DNA of 64,000 bases, taken from Eledone cirrhosa (Eukaryota). Under the pieces are notes generated by a model. That model did not search any database and was not told where the DNA came from. It saw only the letters and a list, made by a program, of their open reading frames with translations. The first letter of the stretch is position 1; every line of letters starts with the position of its first letter. This document shows positions 51,738 through 64,000 of the stretch, one piece after another. The DNA lies in the NCBI GenBank assembly GCA_964016885.1, contig OZ024755.1, positions 32,302,001 to 32,366,000 on the forward strand. The letters run 5' to 3'. The position numbers and the translations under genes were made by a program.

Positions 51738-54700
51738 AAGTTGGTACTAGTTCCACAGTTCGTGTGTTGATAGTCAAAGCTTGGTACTAGTTCCACAGTT
51801 TGTGTGTTGATAGTCAAAGTTGGTACTAGTTCCACAGTTCTTGTGTTGATAGCCAAAGCTGGTACTAGTTCCACAGTTCGTGTGTTGATAGTCAAAGTTG
51901 GTACTAGTTCCACAGTTTGTGTGTTGATAGTCAAAGTTGGTACTAGTTCCACAGTTCGTGTGTTGATAGTCAAAGCGTGGTACTAGTTCCACAGTTCGTG
52001 TGTTGATAGTCAAAGCTTGGTACTAGTTCCACAGTTCGTGTGTTGATAGTCAAAGCTTGGTACTTGTTCCACAGTTCGTGTGTTGATAGTCAAAGCTGGT
52101 ACTAGTTCCACAGTTCGTGTGTTGATAGTCAAAGTTGGTACTAGTTCCACAGTTCTTGTGTTGATAGCCAAAGTTGGTACTAGTTCCACAGTTTGTGCGT
52201 TGATAGTCAAAGTTGGTACTAGTTCCACAGTTCGTGTGTTGATAGTCAAAGCTGGTACTAGTTCCACAGTTCGTGTGTTGATAGTCAAAGTTGGTACTAG
52301 TTCCACAGTTCTTGTGTTGATAGCCAAAGTTGGTACTAGTTCCACAGTTTGTGTGTTGATAGTCAAAGCTTGGTACTAGTTCCACAGTTCGTGTGTTGAT
52401 AGTCAAAGTTGGTACTAGTTCCACAGTTTGTGTGTTGATAGTCAAAGTTGGTACTAGTTCCACAGTTCGTGTGTTGATAGTCAAAGTTGGTACTAGTTCC
52501 ACAGTTTGTGTGTTGATAGCCAAAGTTGGTACTAGTTCCACAGTTTGTGTGTTGATAGTCAAAGTTGGTACTAGTTCCACAGTTCGTGTGTTGATAGTCA
52601 AAGCTGGTACTAGTTCCACAGTTCGTGTGTTGATAGTCAAAGTTGGTACTAGTTCCACAGTTACTGTGTTGATAGTCAATGCTGGTACTAGTTCCACAGT
52701 TCGTGTGTTGATAGTCAAAGTTGGTACTAGTTCCACAGTTCGTGTGTTGATAGTCAAAGCTGGTACTAGTTCCACAGTTCATGTGTTGATAGTCAAAGCT
52801 TGGTACTAGTTCCACAGATCCTGTGTTGATAGTCGAAGTTGGTACTAGTTCGACAGTTTGTGTGTTGATAGTCAAAGTTGGTACTAGTTCCACAGATCCT
52901 GTGTTTGATAGTCGAAGTTGGTACTAGTTCCACAGTTTGTGTGTTGATAGTCAAAGTTGCAACTAGTTCCACAGTTCATGTGTTTGATAGTCAAAGCTGG
53001 TACTAGTTCCACAGTTCATGTGTTGATAGTCAAAGCTGGTACTAGTTCCACAGTTCATGTGTTGATAGTCAAAGCTGGTACTAGTTCCACAGTTCATGTG
53101 TTGATAGTCAAAGCTGGTACTAGTTCCACAGTTCATGTGTTGATAGTCGAAGCTGGTACTAGTTCCACAATTTGTGTGTTGATAGTCAAATTTGGTACTA
53201 GTTCCACAGTTGGTGTGTTGATAGTCAAAGTTGGTACTAGTTCCACAGTTCGTGTTTGACAGTCGAAGGTGGTACTAGTTCCACAGTTCGTGTGTTGATA
53301 GTCAAAGTTGGTACTAGTTCCACAGTTCGTGTATTGATAGTCAAAGCTGGTACTAGTTCCACAGTTCGTGTGTTGATAGTCAAAGCTGGTACTAGTTCCA
53401 CACTTCGTGTGTTGATAGTCAAAGCTGGTACTAGTTCCACACTTCGTGTGTTGATTGTCAAAGATTGGTACTAGTTCCACAGATCCTCTGTTTGATAGTC
53501 GAAGTTGGTACTAGTTCCACAGTTGGTGTGTTGCTAATCAAAGCTGGTACTAGCTCCACAGTTCGTTTGTTGATAGTCAAAGCTGGTACTAGTTCCACAG
53601 TTCGTGTGTTGATAGTCATAGCTGGTACTAGTTCCACAGTTCGTGTGTTGATAGTCAAAGTTGGTACTAGTTCGACAGTTTGTGTGTTGATAGTCAAAGT
53701 TGGTACTAGTTCCACAGTTCGTGTGTTGATAGTCAAAGTTGGTACTAGTTCCACAGTTTGTGTGTTGATAGTCAAAGCTGGTACTAGTTCCACAGTTCGT
53801 GTGTTGGTAGTCAAAGTTGGTACTAGTTCCACAGTTTGTGTGTTGATAGTCAAAGTTGGTACTAGTTCCACAGTTCGTGTGTTGATAGTCAAAGCTGGTA
53901 CTAGTTCCACAGTTCGTGTGTTGATAGTCAAAGTTGGTACTAGTTCCACAGTTCATGTGTTGATAGTCAAAGTTGGTACTAGTTCGACAGTTCGTGTGTT
54001 GATAGTCAAAGTTGGTACTAGTTCCACAGTTCGTGTGTTGATAGTCAAAGTTGGTACTAGTTCCACAGTTTGTGTGTTGATAGTCAAAGCTGGTACTAGT
54101 TCCACAGTTCGTGTGTTGATAGTCAAAGTTGGTACTAGTTCCACAGTTCGTGTGTTGATAGTCAAAGTTGGTACTAGTTCCACAGTTTGTGTGTTGATAG
54201 TCAAAGCTGGTACTAGTTCCACAGTTCGTGTGTTGATAGTCAAAGTTGGTACTAGTTCCACAGTTCGTGTGTTGATAGTCAAAGTTGGTACTAGTTCCAC
54301 AGTTTGTGTGTTGATAGTCAAAGTTGGTACTAGTTCCACAGTTCGTGTGTTGATAGTCAAAGTTGGTACTAGTTCCACAGTTCGTGTGTTGATAGTCAAA
54401 GCTGGTACTAGTTCCACAGTTCGTGTGTTGATAGTCAAAGTTGGTACTAGTTCCACAGTTCATGTGTTGATAGTCAAAGTTGGTACTAGTTCCACAGTTC
54501 GTGTGTTGATAGTCAAAGTTGGTACTAGTTCCACAGTTCGTGTGTTGATAGTCAAAGCTGGTACTAGTTCCACAGTTCGTGTGTTGATAGTCAAAGTTGG
54601 TACTAGTTCGACAGTTTGTGTGTTGATAGTCAAAGTTGGTACTAGTTCCACAGTTCGTGTGTTGATAGTCAAAGTTGGTACTAGTTCCACAGTTGGTGTG

Positions 54701-55554
54701 TTGATAGTCAAAGTTGGTACTAGTTCGACAGTTCGTGTGTTGATAGTCAAAGTTGGTACTAGTTCCATAGTTCGTGTGTTGATAGTCAAAGCTGGTACTA
54801 GTTCCACAGTTCGTGTGTTGATAGTCAAAGTTCGTACTAGTTCCACAGTTCATGTGTTGATAGTCAAAGTTGATACTAGTTCCACAGTTCGTGTGTTGAT
54901 AGTCAAAGTTGGTACTAGTTCCACAGTTCGTGTGTTGATAGTCAAAGTTGGTACTAGTTCCACAGTTCGTGTGTTGATAGTCAAAGTTGGTACTAGTTCC
55001 ACAGTTCGTGTGTTGATAGTCAAAGTTGGTACTAGTTCCACAGTTCATGTGTTGATAGTCAAAGCTGGTACTAGTTCCACAGTTCGTGTGTTGATAGTCA
55101 AAGTTGGTACTAGTTCCACAGTTCATGTGTTGATAGTCAAAGTTGGTACTAGTTCCACAGTTCGTGTGTTGATAGTCAAAGCTGGTACTAGTTCCACAGT
55201 TCGTGTGTTGATAGTCAAAGTTGGTACTAGTTCCACAGTTCATGTGTTGACAGTCAAAGCTGGTACTAGTTCCACAGTTCGTGTGTTGATAGTCAAAGTT
55301 GATACTAGTTCGACCGTTCGTGTGTTGACAGTCAAAGCTGGTACTAGTTCAACAGTTCGTGTGTTGACAGTCAAAGCTGGTACTAGTTCAACAGTTCGTG
55401 TGTTGACAGTCAAAGTTGGTACTAGTTCCACAGTTCATGTGTTGACAGTCAAAGTTGGTACTAGTTCGACCGTTCATGTGTTGATAGTCAAAGTTGGTAC
55501 TAGTTCGACCGTTCATGTGTTGATAGTCAAAGTTGGTACTAGTTCCACAGTTCG
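51738..55554. repeat. 39-bp minisatellite, ~98 copies
   Basis: Unit AAGTTGGTACTAGTTCCACAGTTCGTGTGTTGATAGTCA, head-to-tail with no spacers. Confidence 0.97.
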
Positions 55555-57112
55555 AGTTAGCGTGTTGGATTGTTGCTTCTTAAAAGATTGTTGTTACGTT
55601 ACGAGTGTTTATTGCCGTTTATTTCAATTATATTGTTAATACACTGTTACATAAGGACATAACACATCCCAAAGAAGATTTGTGTTCAAAGCTTGTGGAA
55701 ACTGGAGTGACCAATAATGAGTCTATAACATTAAGTAAGTAAATAAGTTTAAATCTTCAGTTGGCTGTTATATTGGTTTGATAATGGTTTATGATTTAGG
55801 CACAGGACCAACAATGTTTAGGGGAAATTGAGCCCAGTACGTTATTGGTACTTTATTTTAACGACGTTGTAAGGATGAAAGGCAAAGCCAACCATGGTAG
55901 GATCTGAACTCAGAACGAAAAGGGACATAACTCTATGCTGCAAAGCATGGTGTCCGACCCTCTACCGATACTGCCATTTCACCAATAATATCATACAAAC
56001 ACAACATCATGAAACTGTGTTTGACATCAAAATGTTAATCACCTTAAACAATCCCAACTATGTAAAAGTGGTAAAGGGTAAATACCCCCTTCAGTTACGA
56101 ATAACCATGAGATTTACACCTAGAAAGTTCCCCTCCAAGGCACAAATCTGGGCAATGTTGTTTGTGGAAGACCAGCAGTTGCCCATGGATACCGGTTTCC
56201 CCTTTCTATGCCACCGATGATGTCCAAGGGAAAGGCAATGGCTGATTCAGCTTGGCATCAATGATGTCACAACTCATTTCTACGTGAAATAAAGTGTCTT
56301 GCTCAAGAACAAAATGTAAAGCCTGTTTTGAGAATCAAATTCACAACCGCAAGATTGTTAGCTCCAGCCATGTGCCTTTTCATGTAAGTCACATGTAGCA
56401 ATATTTATATAATAATTGTTTCTACTTTTGACACAAGGCCAGCAATTACCCCAGTGCATTACTGGTACTTTATTTTATCGACCCTGTAAAGATGAAACGC
56501 AAAGTTAACCTCAGCGGGATTTGAACTCAGAACGCAAAGGGCCATAACTCCATGCTGCAAAGCAAGGTGTCTGACAGTCTACCGATATTGCCAATCCACC
56601 GAATGAATTATAACGACGCATTTATTGTAGAAGCTGACAGAGATTGAACCATTGATCAGGATCTCCACCATCTCTAATACCTACCACTAGGCCACTGTGA
56701 CAATTACACATATATAATAATTGTTTCTACTTTTGGCACAAGGCCAGCAATTATCCCAGCATGGAAAAACAAACATAAAATATGGGTTGTATTGAAACAG
56801 TTATGATGAGTAACAAAAATTCAGATACAGTTCAATTTGTTAAAAGAGATTCCACATATATTTGGTAATTTTCTTTATGATAGTATCAAGTGATAAACAA
56901 TATACGAATGCCTGATTATATTGCTTAACAAAGTCTAATGCTTCAGTGAGCTAATGTACAAACTGGAGGCTGGTTTAATATTAAGAAGAGTTTGAAAGTA
57001 GAATAAAGGTTAAAGGCAACATCAAACTGATTTAATGAAACAAACTATAGAAGAGAATCTTATTCTAAGAATAGCATTGTCTATTTTAACAGATCTGAAT
57101 ACAGTTTTGTCT

Positions 57113-57640
57113 TTAACCCTTTAGCACAGTCATGGACAATCTGTGGACTGAGAAACTTTCTGACTGGTTCACCTAAGTCACCCAAGTGAAATCTTTCTGA
57201 TTTTTTTAACCCCAACTTTTCACTTGTAATTTGTCTTTCTATCCTTTTTACGATCAAGGAAAACAATGTGTACGAATTCTGAAGATACAAATCAAAACAA
57301 CCTGAGTTACCGCCCTTTTTTTTAATGTGAGCACGAATGTAAATTAGTGCTTGCGACCTGCCTGATGATGAGCCATATCTTATACGGCCTCTTCTCTAAA
57401 AAGGTTGCCCATGCCTGCTTTAGCATTTAAACTGGCCATATCCAGCCAGAATTCTCTCACATCTTTCTGTTCAAACTAGCCATAACTGTCTGCTCATACT
57501 GATGTTAAGGTATTGTTCTCAAAATAAATAACACCAAAATCTCATAGATTCGATATTATATGAGATAGTTATGTGAGATAAAGCCTTTACCATGACAATA
57601 CAATAATATATATAGAGTAATGTAAATGTTAAAGGGTTAA
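57113..57640 (+). mobile_element. TTAA MITE split by the hAT insertion
   Basis: TTAACCCTTTAGCA|hAT|CTTTAGCATTTAAACTGGCC...AAAGGGTTAA. Confidence 0.85.
57127..57417. mobile_element. hAT-type MITE inserted in the TIR of a TTAA MITE
   Basis: TIRs CAGTCATGGACAA / TTGCCCATGCCTG; 8-bp TSD CTTTAGCA at 57119-57126 and 57418-57425. Confidence 0.85.
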
Positions 57641-58060
57641 AGGAGGAAGCAAAACATGGTGTGTAAGGTCTAATGAAAATATAAAAGTACTGTTAAAAGA
57701 GCTAAGATTGTAGCCCACAACATTTTATGTTATTTTCACACATTTGTGTCTAAGAAAAGATACTTTAGAATATATTTAGAAGCTTTATTGAGACAGTAAC
57801 CTCAAGTATAAGATGTGAAATAACTGTTTTAGCTTTGTGTAATACAGAGGAATTGATGTACAAACACATACACACATTAGATATATAAGCAAAGTGGAAT
57901 CTTGATTGAAAACAAATTGAACTTAATTTTGTCCTACTGGCAATAGACTTTCTACCTAATCATATTTAAGAAATATGGAGAGAGAGAAAGGAGAAGAAAT
58001 TATATGAAAAAAATAAACACTGCAATACTCTCAAAATAATTCACAAAAAAATGTAGAATG

Positions 58061-58099
<39 letters not shown>

Positions 58100-59252
58100 T
58101 AGGAAAAAGTAGACCCCGACGGCAGAGCTCAAGGCGTTTCGACAGATATTTCTGGACTTTTTTCCTATTTCCCACTCTACTACCCTAAGTATTGAGTACT
58201 CTGGTGCATTATGGTCCATCCTGAGACATTCTAACCACATGACTGTAGTATCAGAGCTGTGATCTCTCAATTTGGAGAAGTAGTGGCTCTACCTGGAGTG
58301 ACTTTCTGATCTCCGAGCTATGCACTCTATTGAGTAACGTTACTCCAAAGACCCTTTGGAGGAACCCCATTTCGTCTCTTGTATTCGCGATCGTATTCTT
58401 TCAGCCATTACTCAAGATTCATGACCATAGGTAAGGGTTGGCACAAAAAACCAAATTGAAGATGACTAGCATTCAAAATATATCAATCAGACTGAGAATT
58501 TAAAAAATGAGGCTACAGTTGTAAACTAAATCCTGATGTTAATATATCAAACCTATTTTACAGAGAGGAAAACTTGTAATATGCTGTTCAATCCATTTTA
58601 TCAGATCAATACCAATGTGTTTGAGTCTGTTGAAGCATTGTCTGCTTTCCAATCTGTTTGTTGTTGAGATGAGTTCTGATGTTGTTGGTTCCCAAACCAC
58701 TGCCCTACTCACTGGTGTAGAGTTGGTTACCTGCAGGAGTGAACCCCATAAGTTAGAATGGTTATTTGAACATGCTTTCCTTATTGCTATCCTCTCAAAT
58801 AATATTTTATCCATTCTGTCTGCTGTGACCATGAGGTGGCTTGCACCTGGGGTTCAGTATGCCAGAGAATGCTCTACCACACCGTCGGGGCTGGTATCAC
58901 CGGGGTAGTGATGATGGTATAAGTTGTTGATTTTAAGGATAACTGTCCACACACAGACACATATATTGTGAACAATAGTACAGGTGTTTGGGTCCCTTGT
59001 AAACTGTGGGAGCAAGATAAGTGAGGATAGTCTAGTTATAACTGAGGAGTTTCAAAGTAAAAAAACAAAATATGATTATTAGAAAATAAATAATGTTTTC
59101 TGATTTAGGCACAAGGCCAACAATTTTTAAGGAGGGGAAAGTCGATTAAATTGTTTTTCTCTGTAAGGGTCAACCTGTCCTACCCATGAAGTGGGACATT
59201 AAACGACGAGGATGATGATGATATATATATGTGTATGTATGATATGTGTATA

Positions 59253-59306
<54 letters not shown>

Positions 59307-59570
59307 TATATGTAGTTTCTGATTTAGGCACAAGGCCAACAATTTTTGGGGGAGGAGAAAGTCGATTAAATCAACCCCAGTACGTTACTGGTGCTTTATT
59401 TTATCGACCCCCGTAAGGATGAAACGTAAAGTTAACCTCGGCGGGATTTGAACTCAGACCATAAAGCGGTGTAACTCTTTGCTGCAAAGCATGGTGTTCG
59501 ACTCTCTACCGATACTGCCAATCCGCTGCCCTATTAGGAAATAGATAATGGAAATAGGAAGAAGACTTAC

Positions 59571-59657
59571 TTCGACATATATTATTTTTTCTTTGATACT
59601 GATTTTTTTTTGCTTCTTGTACTGTGCGTGGTGGACTGTACCATTTTCCATATCTCA
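59571..59657 (-). CDS. Exon A (most 5' exon found) of uncharacterised putative GPI-anchored protein: (V)RYGKWYSPPRTVQEAKKNQYQRKNNICR
   Basis: Minus strand ttttgtttcag|TGAGATATGG...TGTCGAA|gtaagt; 87 nt, phase 1 in and phase 1 out; open frame joins exon B. Upstream exon(s) with start codon and signal peptide not found in the window. Confidence 0.8.
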
Positions 59658-59780
59658 CTGAAACAAAATTGAAAAATATGAAATAATTAATAACTGTTTC
59701 CCATCTTTACACAATTAAAATAACTGAACAATGCAGCATGGTTTATAGGTTTTAAAGATACTAACAGATTATAAATAGAC

Positions 59781-60007
59781 TTAACCCTTTAGCATTTAAA
59801 CCGTCCGTATTCGGCCAGAATTCTCTCACCTCTTTCTGTTCAAACTGGCCATAACTGGCTATTGATACTGATGTTAAGGCATTGTTCTTAAAATAAATAA
59901 TATCAAAATCTCATAGATTTGATATTATGTGAGATATTTATGTAAGATAAAGCCTTTACCACAAAAATACAATAGTAACTACAGTAATGTAAATGCTAAA
60001 GGGTTAA
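59781..60007 (+). mobile_element. Intact TTAA MITE copy
   Basis: Perfect 14-bp TIRs CCCTTTAGCATTTA with TTAA on both sides. Confidence 0.9.
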
Positions 60008-60884
60008 ACAGTAATTATTAAAGTGATTAAAAAGAGAAATATTTGAAGCAGGATAATAAGGCAATATAAATGTAGAAAAAAATAATGGTGGTGCTCCAGT
60101 ATGGTCACAATTCACTGGCTGAAACAAGTAAAAAGGGCAAAAAAAAATCCATATGAAATGAACTCAGATCAATAAGTTTAAAATGGATTGCTTTTCAACT
60201 CTTAGTTTAATATAAATTCTGAGGCAGTTTAGAAATATATCTATTTTTAATTAGAATAGATTTTAATCACCAACTGTGATATGCAACACATATAGCAGTT
60301 TGCTTTTCAATTGAACAAAATCAGGGCTGTCACATTTTCCAGAAGATTTAAAGCTAATTTCTAGATAAATATTCAAATATTTTCTCCAGTTGTTATGCTA
60401 CAAGGCTATTCTTATTTTTGAATTTCCTACTTTTTATATATTTTATGAACATTTCAAAGTCAATTGATATATTAGCCTTAAAATTGATGTGGAACCGTTG
60501 AAAGGAATGGTTCTCAAAGAAATAAAAATTGATTGTGAACTAATTAGGAAATTCAGTAAAATTTTAATGAATATAGGAAATACAGAACAACAGCAAATAT
60601 TTTGTGGAACTGCTGCAAGTATGTATTAATTTTTCATAGAAAACGAAGAGAATTTGTAATGAATCCATAGTGCAACAAATCATTCCTGATGAAGTCTGTG
60701 TAAATGGCAGACATAATTGCAGGAATCTTGTAATACATTTGTGAGTACATTACAGCTATAATGGTCATACATTTTAGGAAACTAATCAGGAATCCAAGTA
60801 AAACTATGGAAAAAGCTATTTGGAACAACAAAATAATTTGATAGTAATAAGAGGGAATCAAGATGCATCCCTAACTGGTTGTTC

Positions 60885-61175
60885 AACCAACGAAACTACT
60901 TACAGATTGGAACAAACTATCTGCCCTAGTTGTTAGCTGTTGGGACACTGCATCGTTCAAAACTTCCATGCCTCCTGGAATTCGCCAACACTACACCTGA
61001 TATTCCTCTTCCATACACAAGCATGCATGTATCTGTGTATATCATGACTCATACAATGTTCACTTTCCGACATTTGTACATTATTCTACGCACTATATAT
61101 GCACCTTTGATGAGTTGTAGTGCATCTGAGCGCTACACAATAATTTTCATTACTATAATTATCATTGTTATTGTA
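60885..61175 (+). mobile_element. CR1/L2-like LINE 3' end; shorter homologues at ~29695-29850 (-) and ~41791-42058 (+, two in tandem)
   Basis: Translation DWNKLSALVVSCWDTASFK resembles the WNxLP..VV....FK end of CR1 ORF2; shared GATGAGTTGTAGTGCACCTGAGCACTGTACACAAT + (ATT)n tail. Confidence 0.6.
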
Positions 61176-61655
61176 TTATAGTGTAAATGGTTGGCTATTC
61201 TACAGATATTTGTCCTCTTAAAACAATTTTTCAGACAGTCTCAGTATGTAACAAGGCTGTGTGGTGTATAAAAGCATTTTTTTTTTTAATCAGAGGAATT
61301 AGAGGTCTTATTCTGTACCTGTAATGCTGCAAACTACTTGAAATATTTGGAGTTATGGCCTTTCGTGAAGTGAAGGGACATGTCTAAAAGTATAACTTCC
61401 ATTACCTGCTTAGCTGACTCAAATGGAACGGGAATGAATTATATTTATTATCAGGGATAGTTATTGAAAGGTGACATAGAGTTTGACTATTGACTTGGCT
61501 TGGTGATAGCATTTGGGAAAAAATGTAGGGTATTATGGAATATGTGGATATATGGTGGGTAGCTTTGATTAGGAAAATATTGGATGATCTAGAACTGAAG
61601 TTCCCAAAGCAGGTTCCACAAAGGCATGTCTGGTTCTGTTAAAAAAGGTAGAGTA

Positions 61656-61825
61656 CCATATTACCTGGCGCCGAAGACGCTTCATCCTCGAGGATGCACC
61701 CTAATTTTGACAACCAAAACTTTGAAAAAAAAAATAATAAACAACCTTTGGCTTCCAGGACGCATGGTAGATTTTTGAGACTTATTTTATGGAAAAAGTA
61801 GCATCTTTGATGCCGAGAAATACGG
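61656..61825. mobile_element. pogo/Tc1-mariner-type MITE
   Basis: TA|CCATATTACCTGGCG ... TGCCGAGAAATACGG|TA; imperfect TIRs with TA target site. Confidence 0.65.
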
Positions 61826-62360
61826 TAGTATATATATATTATGACCATATAATAGTATTAGACTTTGGGGTTCCCCCAAAAGTTTCTGAACCAAAAAGGG
61901 TTCTATGTTTGAAAAGGTTTGGGATACCCTAATCTAGAGGTAAGTTTAGAGATGAGAATAAAGGGATTTTTAAGTTTTTGTGGGTCAATCAGGGATATGA
62001 GTAAGTGGTAATACAAATGGATGCAAAGAGTTCAGATTAGAAAATATTTCATCTTCTGCACCAGCATAATTGATGAAGAGGAGGTATGTGTACACAAAGG
62101 AGTTAAGAACATTGGAGTTATTGTGGATGACGACTGTAAGAAGTTACAGGTTGCTTACATATTGCATATGTTCCTGCATTCTACCAAGTGTTCAGATAAG
62201 CCAGGGACCCACATTTTGTTGACTTATGTTCCCATACTTTACCAAGTTCAGTTTATCATGGCACCACCAGTACAAAAGAGGTTGTCATATCTGTGATACA
62301 GCTGCACAACCCCCTCAACACTATCCTTAACCTAAACTCATATTTAATATTTTTTTTTGT

Positions 62361-62864
62361 TTAACCCTTTAGCATTTAAACAGGCTGTATCTGGCCAGAA
62401 TTCTCTCACCTCTTTCTGTTCAAACTGATCGTAACTGGCCACTCATACTTATGTTAAGGTATTGTTCTCAAAATAAATAATATCAAAATCTCATAGATTC
62501 GATATTATGTGAGGTAAAACCTTTACCATGAAAATACAATAGTAAATATAGAGTAATGTAAATATTATGTGAGATATTATGTGAGGTAAAGCCTTTACTG
62601 TGAAAATACAATAGTATATATAGAGTAATGTAAATGTTATGTGAGATATTATGTGAGGTAAAGCCTTTACCATGAAAATACAATAGTATATATAGAGTAA
62701 TGTAAATGTTATGTGAGATATTATGTGAGGTAAAGCCTTTACCATGAAAATACAATAGTATATATAGAGTAATGTAAATGTTATGTGAGATATTATGTGA
62801 GGTAAAGCCTTTACCATGAAAATACAATAGTATATATAGTGTAATGTAAATGTTAAAGGGTTAA
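62361..62864 (+). mobile_element. TTAA MITE with 72-bp unit x~5
   Basis: TTAA-CCC/GGG-TTAA ends; period 72. Confidence 0.88.
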
Positions 62865-63466
62865 ATTTGAGAAATGCACAATCCCATTTATTAAATGACT
62901 TTGATTATATTAGCAAATATGATAGGAGCTAGTTTGCTTTTAGTTCAACACAGTTGATTAGTAAACTGGTTACTAGTAGTAAACTGCTTACTAATAGTAA
63001 ACTGGTTACTAGTAATTGTTATAAAAACCAAGTAACACAAGGAATAATACATTCTCCTTTATGTAACTTGTTACTTCAACCTCATTAAAATTCGATTAGT
63101 TTACTATTTTTATCAATTGATGAGACTATAGAGAAGTTGTGGAATCTATAAATCTACACTGAACCAAGCAATGGTAAGAGTTGGATATGAGAGAGAATCT
63201 GATAACTGAAAATCTGACAAGTCACTGACCAAAGCAAATCTATGGGGAAAAAATATATATTGTTTCTCTACAATGAATAATATAGCATTTCAGTTTTATC
63301 TTTGTAATTTGAACGATAATTACATAAATGATGAACGAGGATGTTTGAAAATCTAATCAACATAGTAGCCAGTCAATAATTGAATTTATACATTATGAGA
63401 AAGTTAAAGTCTATCCCATGCCTAGGGGTTCATCAGGCTGGGAGCTTATCCTGGATTTGTTGGCGT

Positions 63467-63897
63467 TTAACCCTTTAGCATTTAAACAGACCGTATCCAG
63501 CCAGAACTCTCTCACCTCTTTCTGTTTAACCCTTTAGCATTTAAACCGAGCAAATCCGGCTAGAATTCTCTCACCTCTTTCTGTTCAAACCGGCTGTAAC
63601 CAGCCACTCATACTTATGTTAAGGTATTGTTCTCAAAATAAATAATATGAACATCTCATAGATTCAATATTATATGAGATAATTATGTAAGGTAAAGCCT
63701 TTACCGTGAAAATATAATAGTATATATAGGGTAATGTAAATGCTAAAGGGTTAAACCGGCCATAACTGGCAGCTCATACCTACATTAAGGTATTGTTCTC
63801 AAACTAAATAACATAAGAATTTCTTAGATTCAATATAATGTGAGATAATTATGTAAGATAAATCTTTTACAGTGAAAATACAATAGTAAATATAGAG
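63467..63897 (+). mobile_element. TTAA MITE nested inside another copy (inner 63530-63750)
   Basis: Outer copy breaks at CTGT-TTAA and resumes TTAA-ACCGGCC after the inner copy. Confidence 0.85.
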
Positions 63898-64000
63898 GAA
63901 TGATTTCTAGTATAGGCACAAGGCCAGTAATTTGGGGGGAGGGGAAAGTCAATTAAATTGACCCAGTACGTTACTGGTGCTTTATTTTATTGACCTCATA

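Larger units (their letters stand above)
51649..55664 (+). mobile_element. Solo LTR inflated by an internal 39-bp tandem array
   Basis: TGTTGTG...CATAACA termini; 5-bp target duplication CATCC at 51644-51648 and 55665-55669; TATAAATAG at 51708. Confidence 0.78.

Noticed and set aside
51738-55554. CRISPR array or long repeat protein (724 aa / 569 aa ORFs)
   Set aside because: Units are head-to-tail with no unique spacers and no cas genes, in eukaryotic DNA. The ORFs arise because the 39-bp unit lacks stops in some frames, and they sit inside an LTR.
58100-58915. Possible coding exons (97-aa ORFs on both strands)
   Set aside because: No phase-compatible splice sites found that fit the gene; looks like decayed LINE sequence, but the family could not be supported.
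59660-64000. First exon / signal peptide of the minus-strand gene
   Set aside because: No convincing ATG + hydrophobic leader with a phase-1 donor was seen; it probably lies beyond the window.

Overview
AT-rich eukaryotic genomic DNA. The (TA)n/(CA)n load and SINE/MITE types look like an octopus or other coleoid cephalopod (recalled resemblance, not a search result). Nearly all ORFs in the supplied track are microsatellite or tandem-repeat artefacts. One real spliced gene lies on the minus strand: six phase-compatible GT-AG exons from 59657 to 18716. They encode the last ~312 aa of an uncharacterised, probably GPI-anchored protein with an internal two-fold repeat and an MGTHY...HIWL motif; its 5' exon(s) were not found. 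The remainder is mobile DNA: ~17 copies of a ~220-bp TTAA (piggyBac-type) MITE, two tRNA-headed SINE families, RTE and CR1-like LINE 3' ends, a Helitron, a hAT MITE, a pogo-like MITE and a solo LTR. The standout signals are three. (1) Several unrelated minimal type I hammerhead-ribozyme motifs of the Penelope/retrozyme type, often inside long fold-back palindromes in (TA)n tracts. (2) An SVA-like composite retroposon (RTE fragment + 49-bp VNTR + LINE-derived tail). (3) Five tandem-repeat units born inside transposons, including a 3.8-kb 39-bp array within a solo LTR. Exon, TSD and ribozyme coordinates were counted by hand; other repeat boundaries are approximate.
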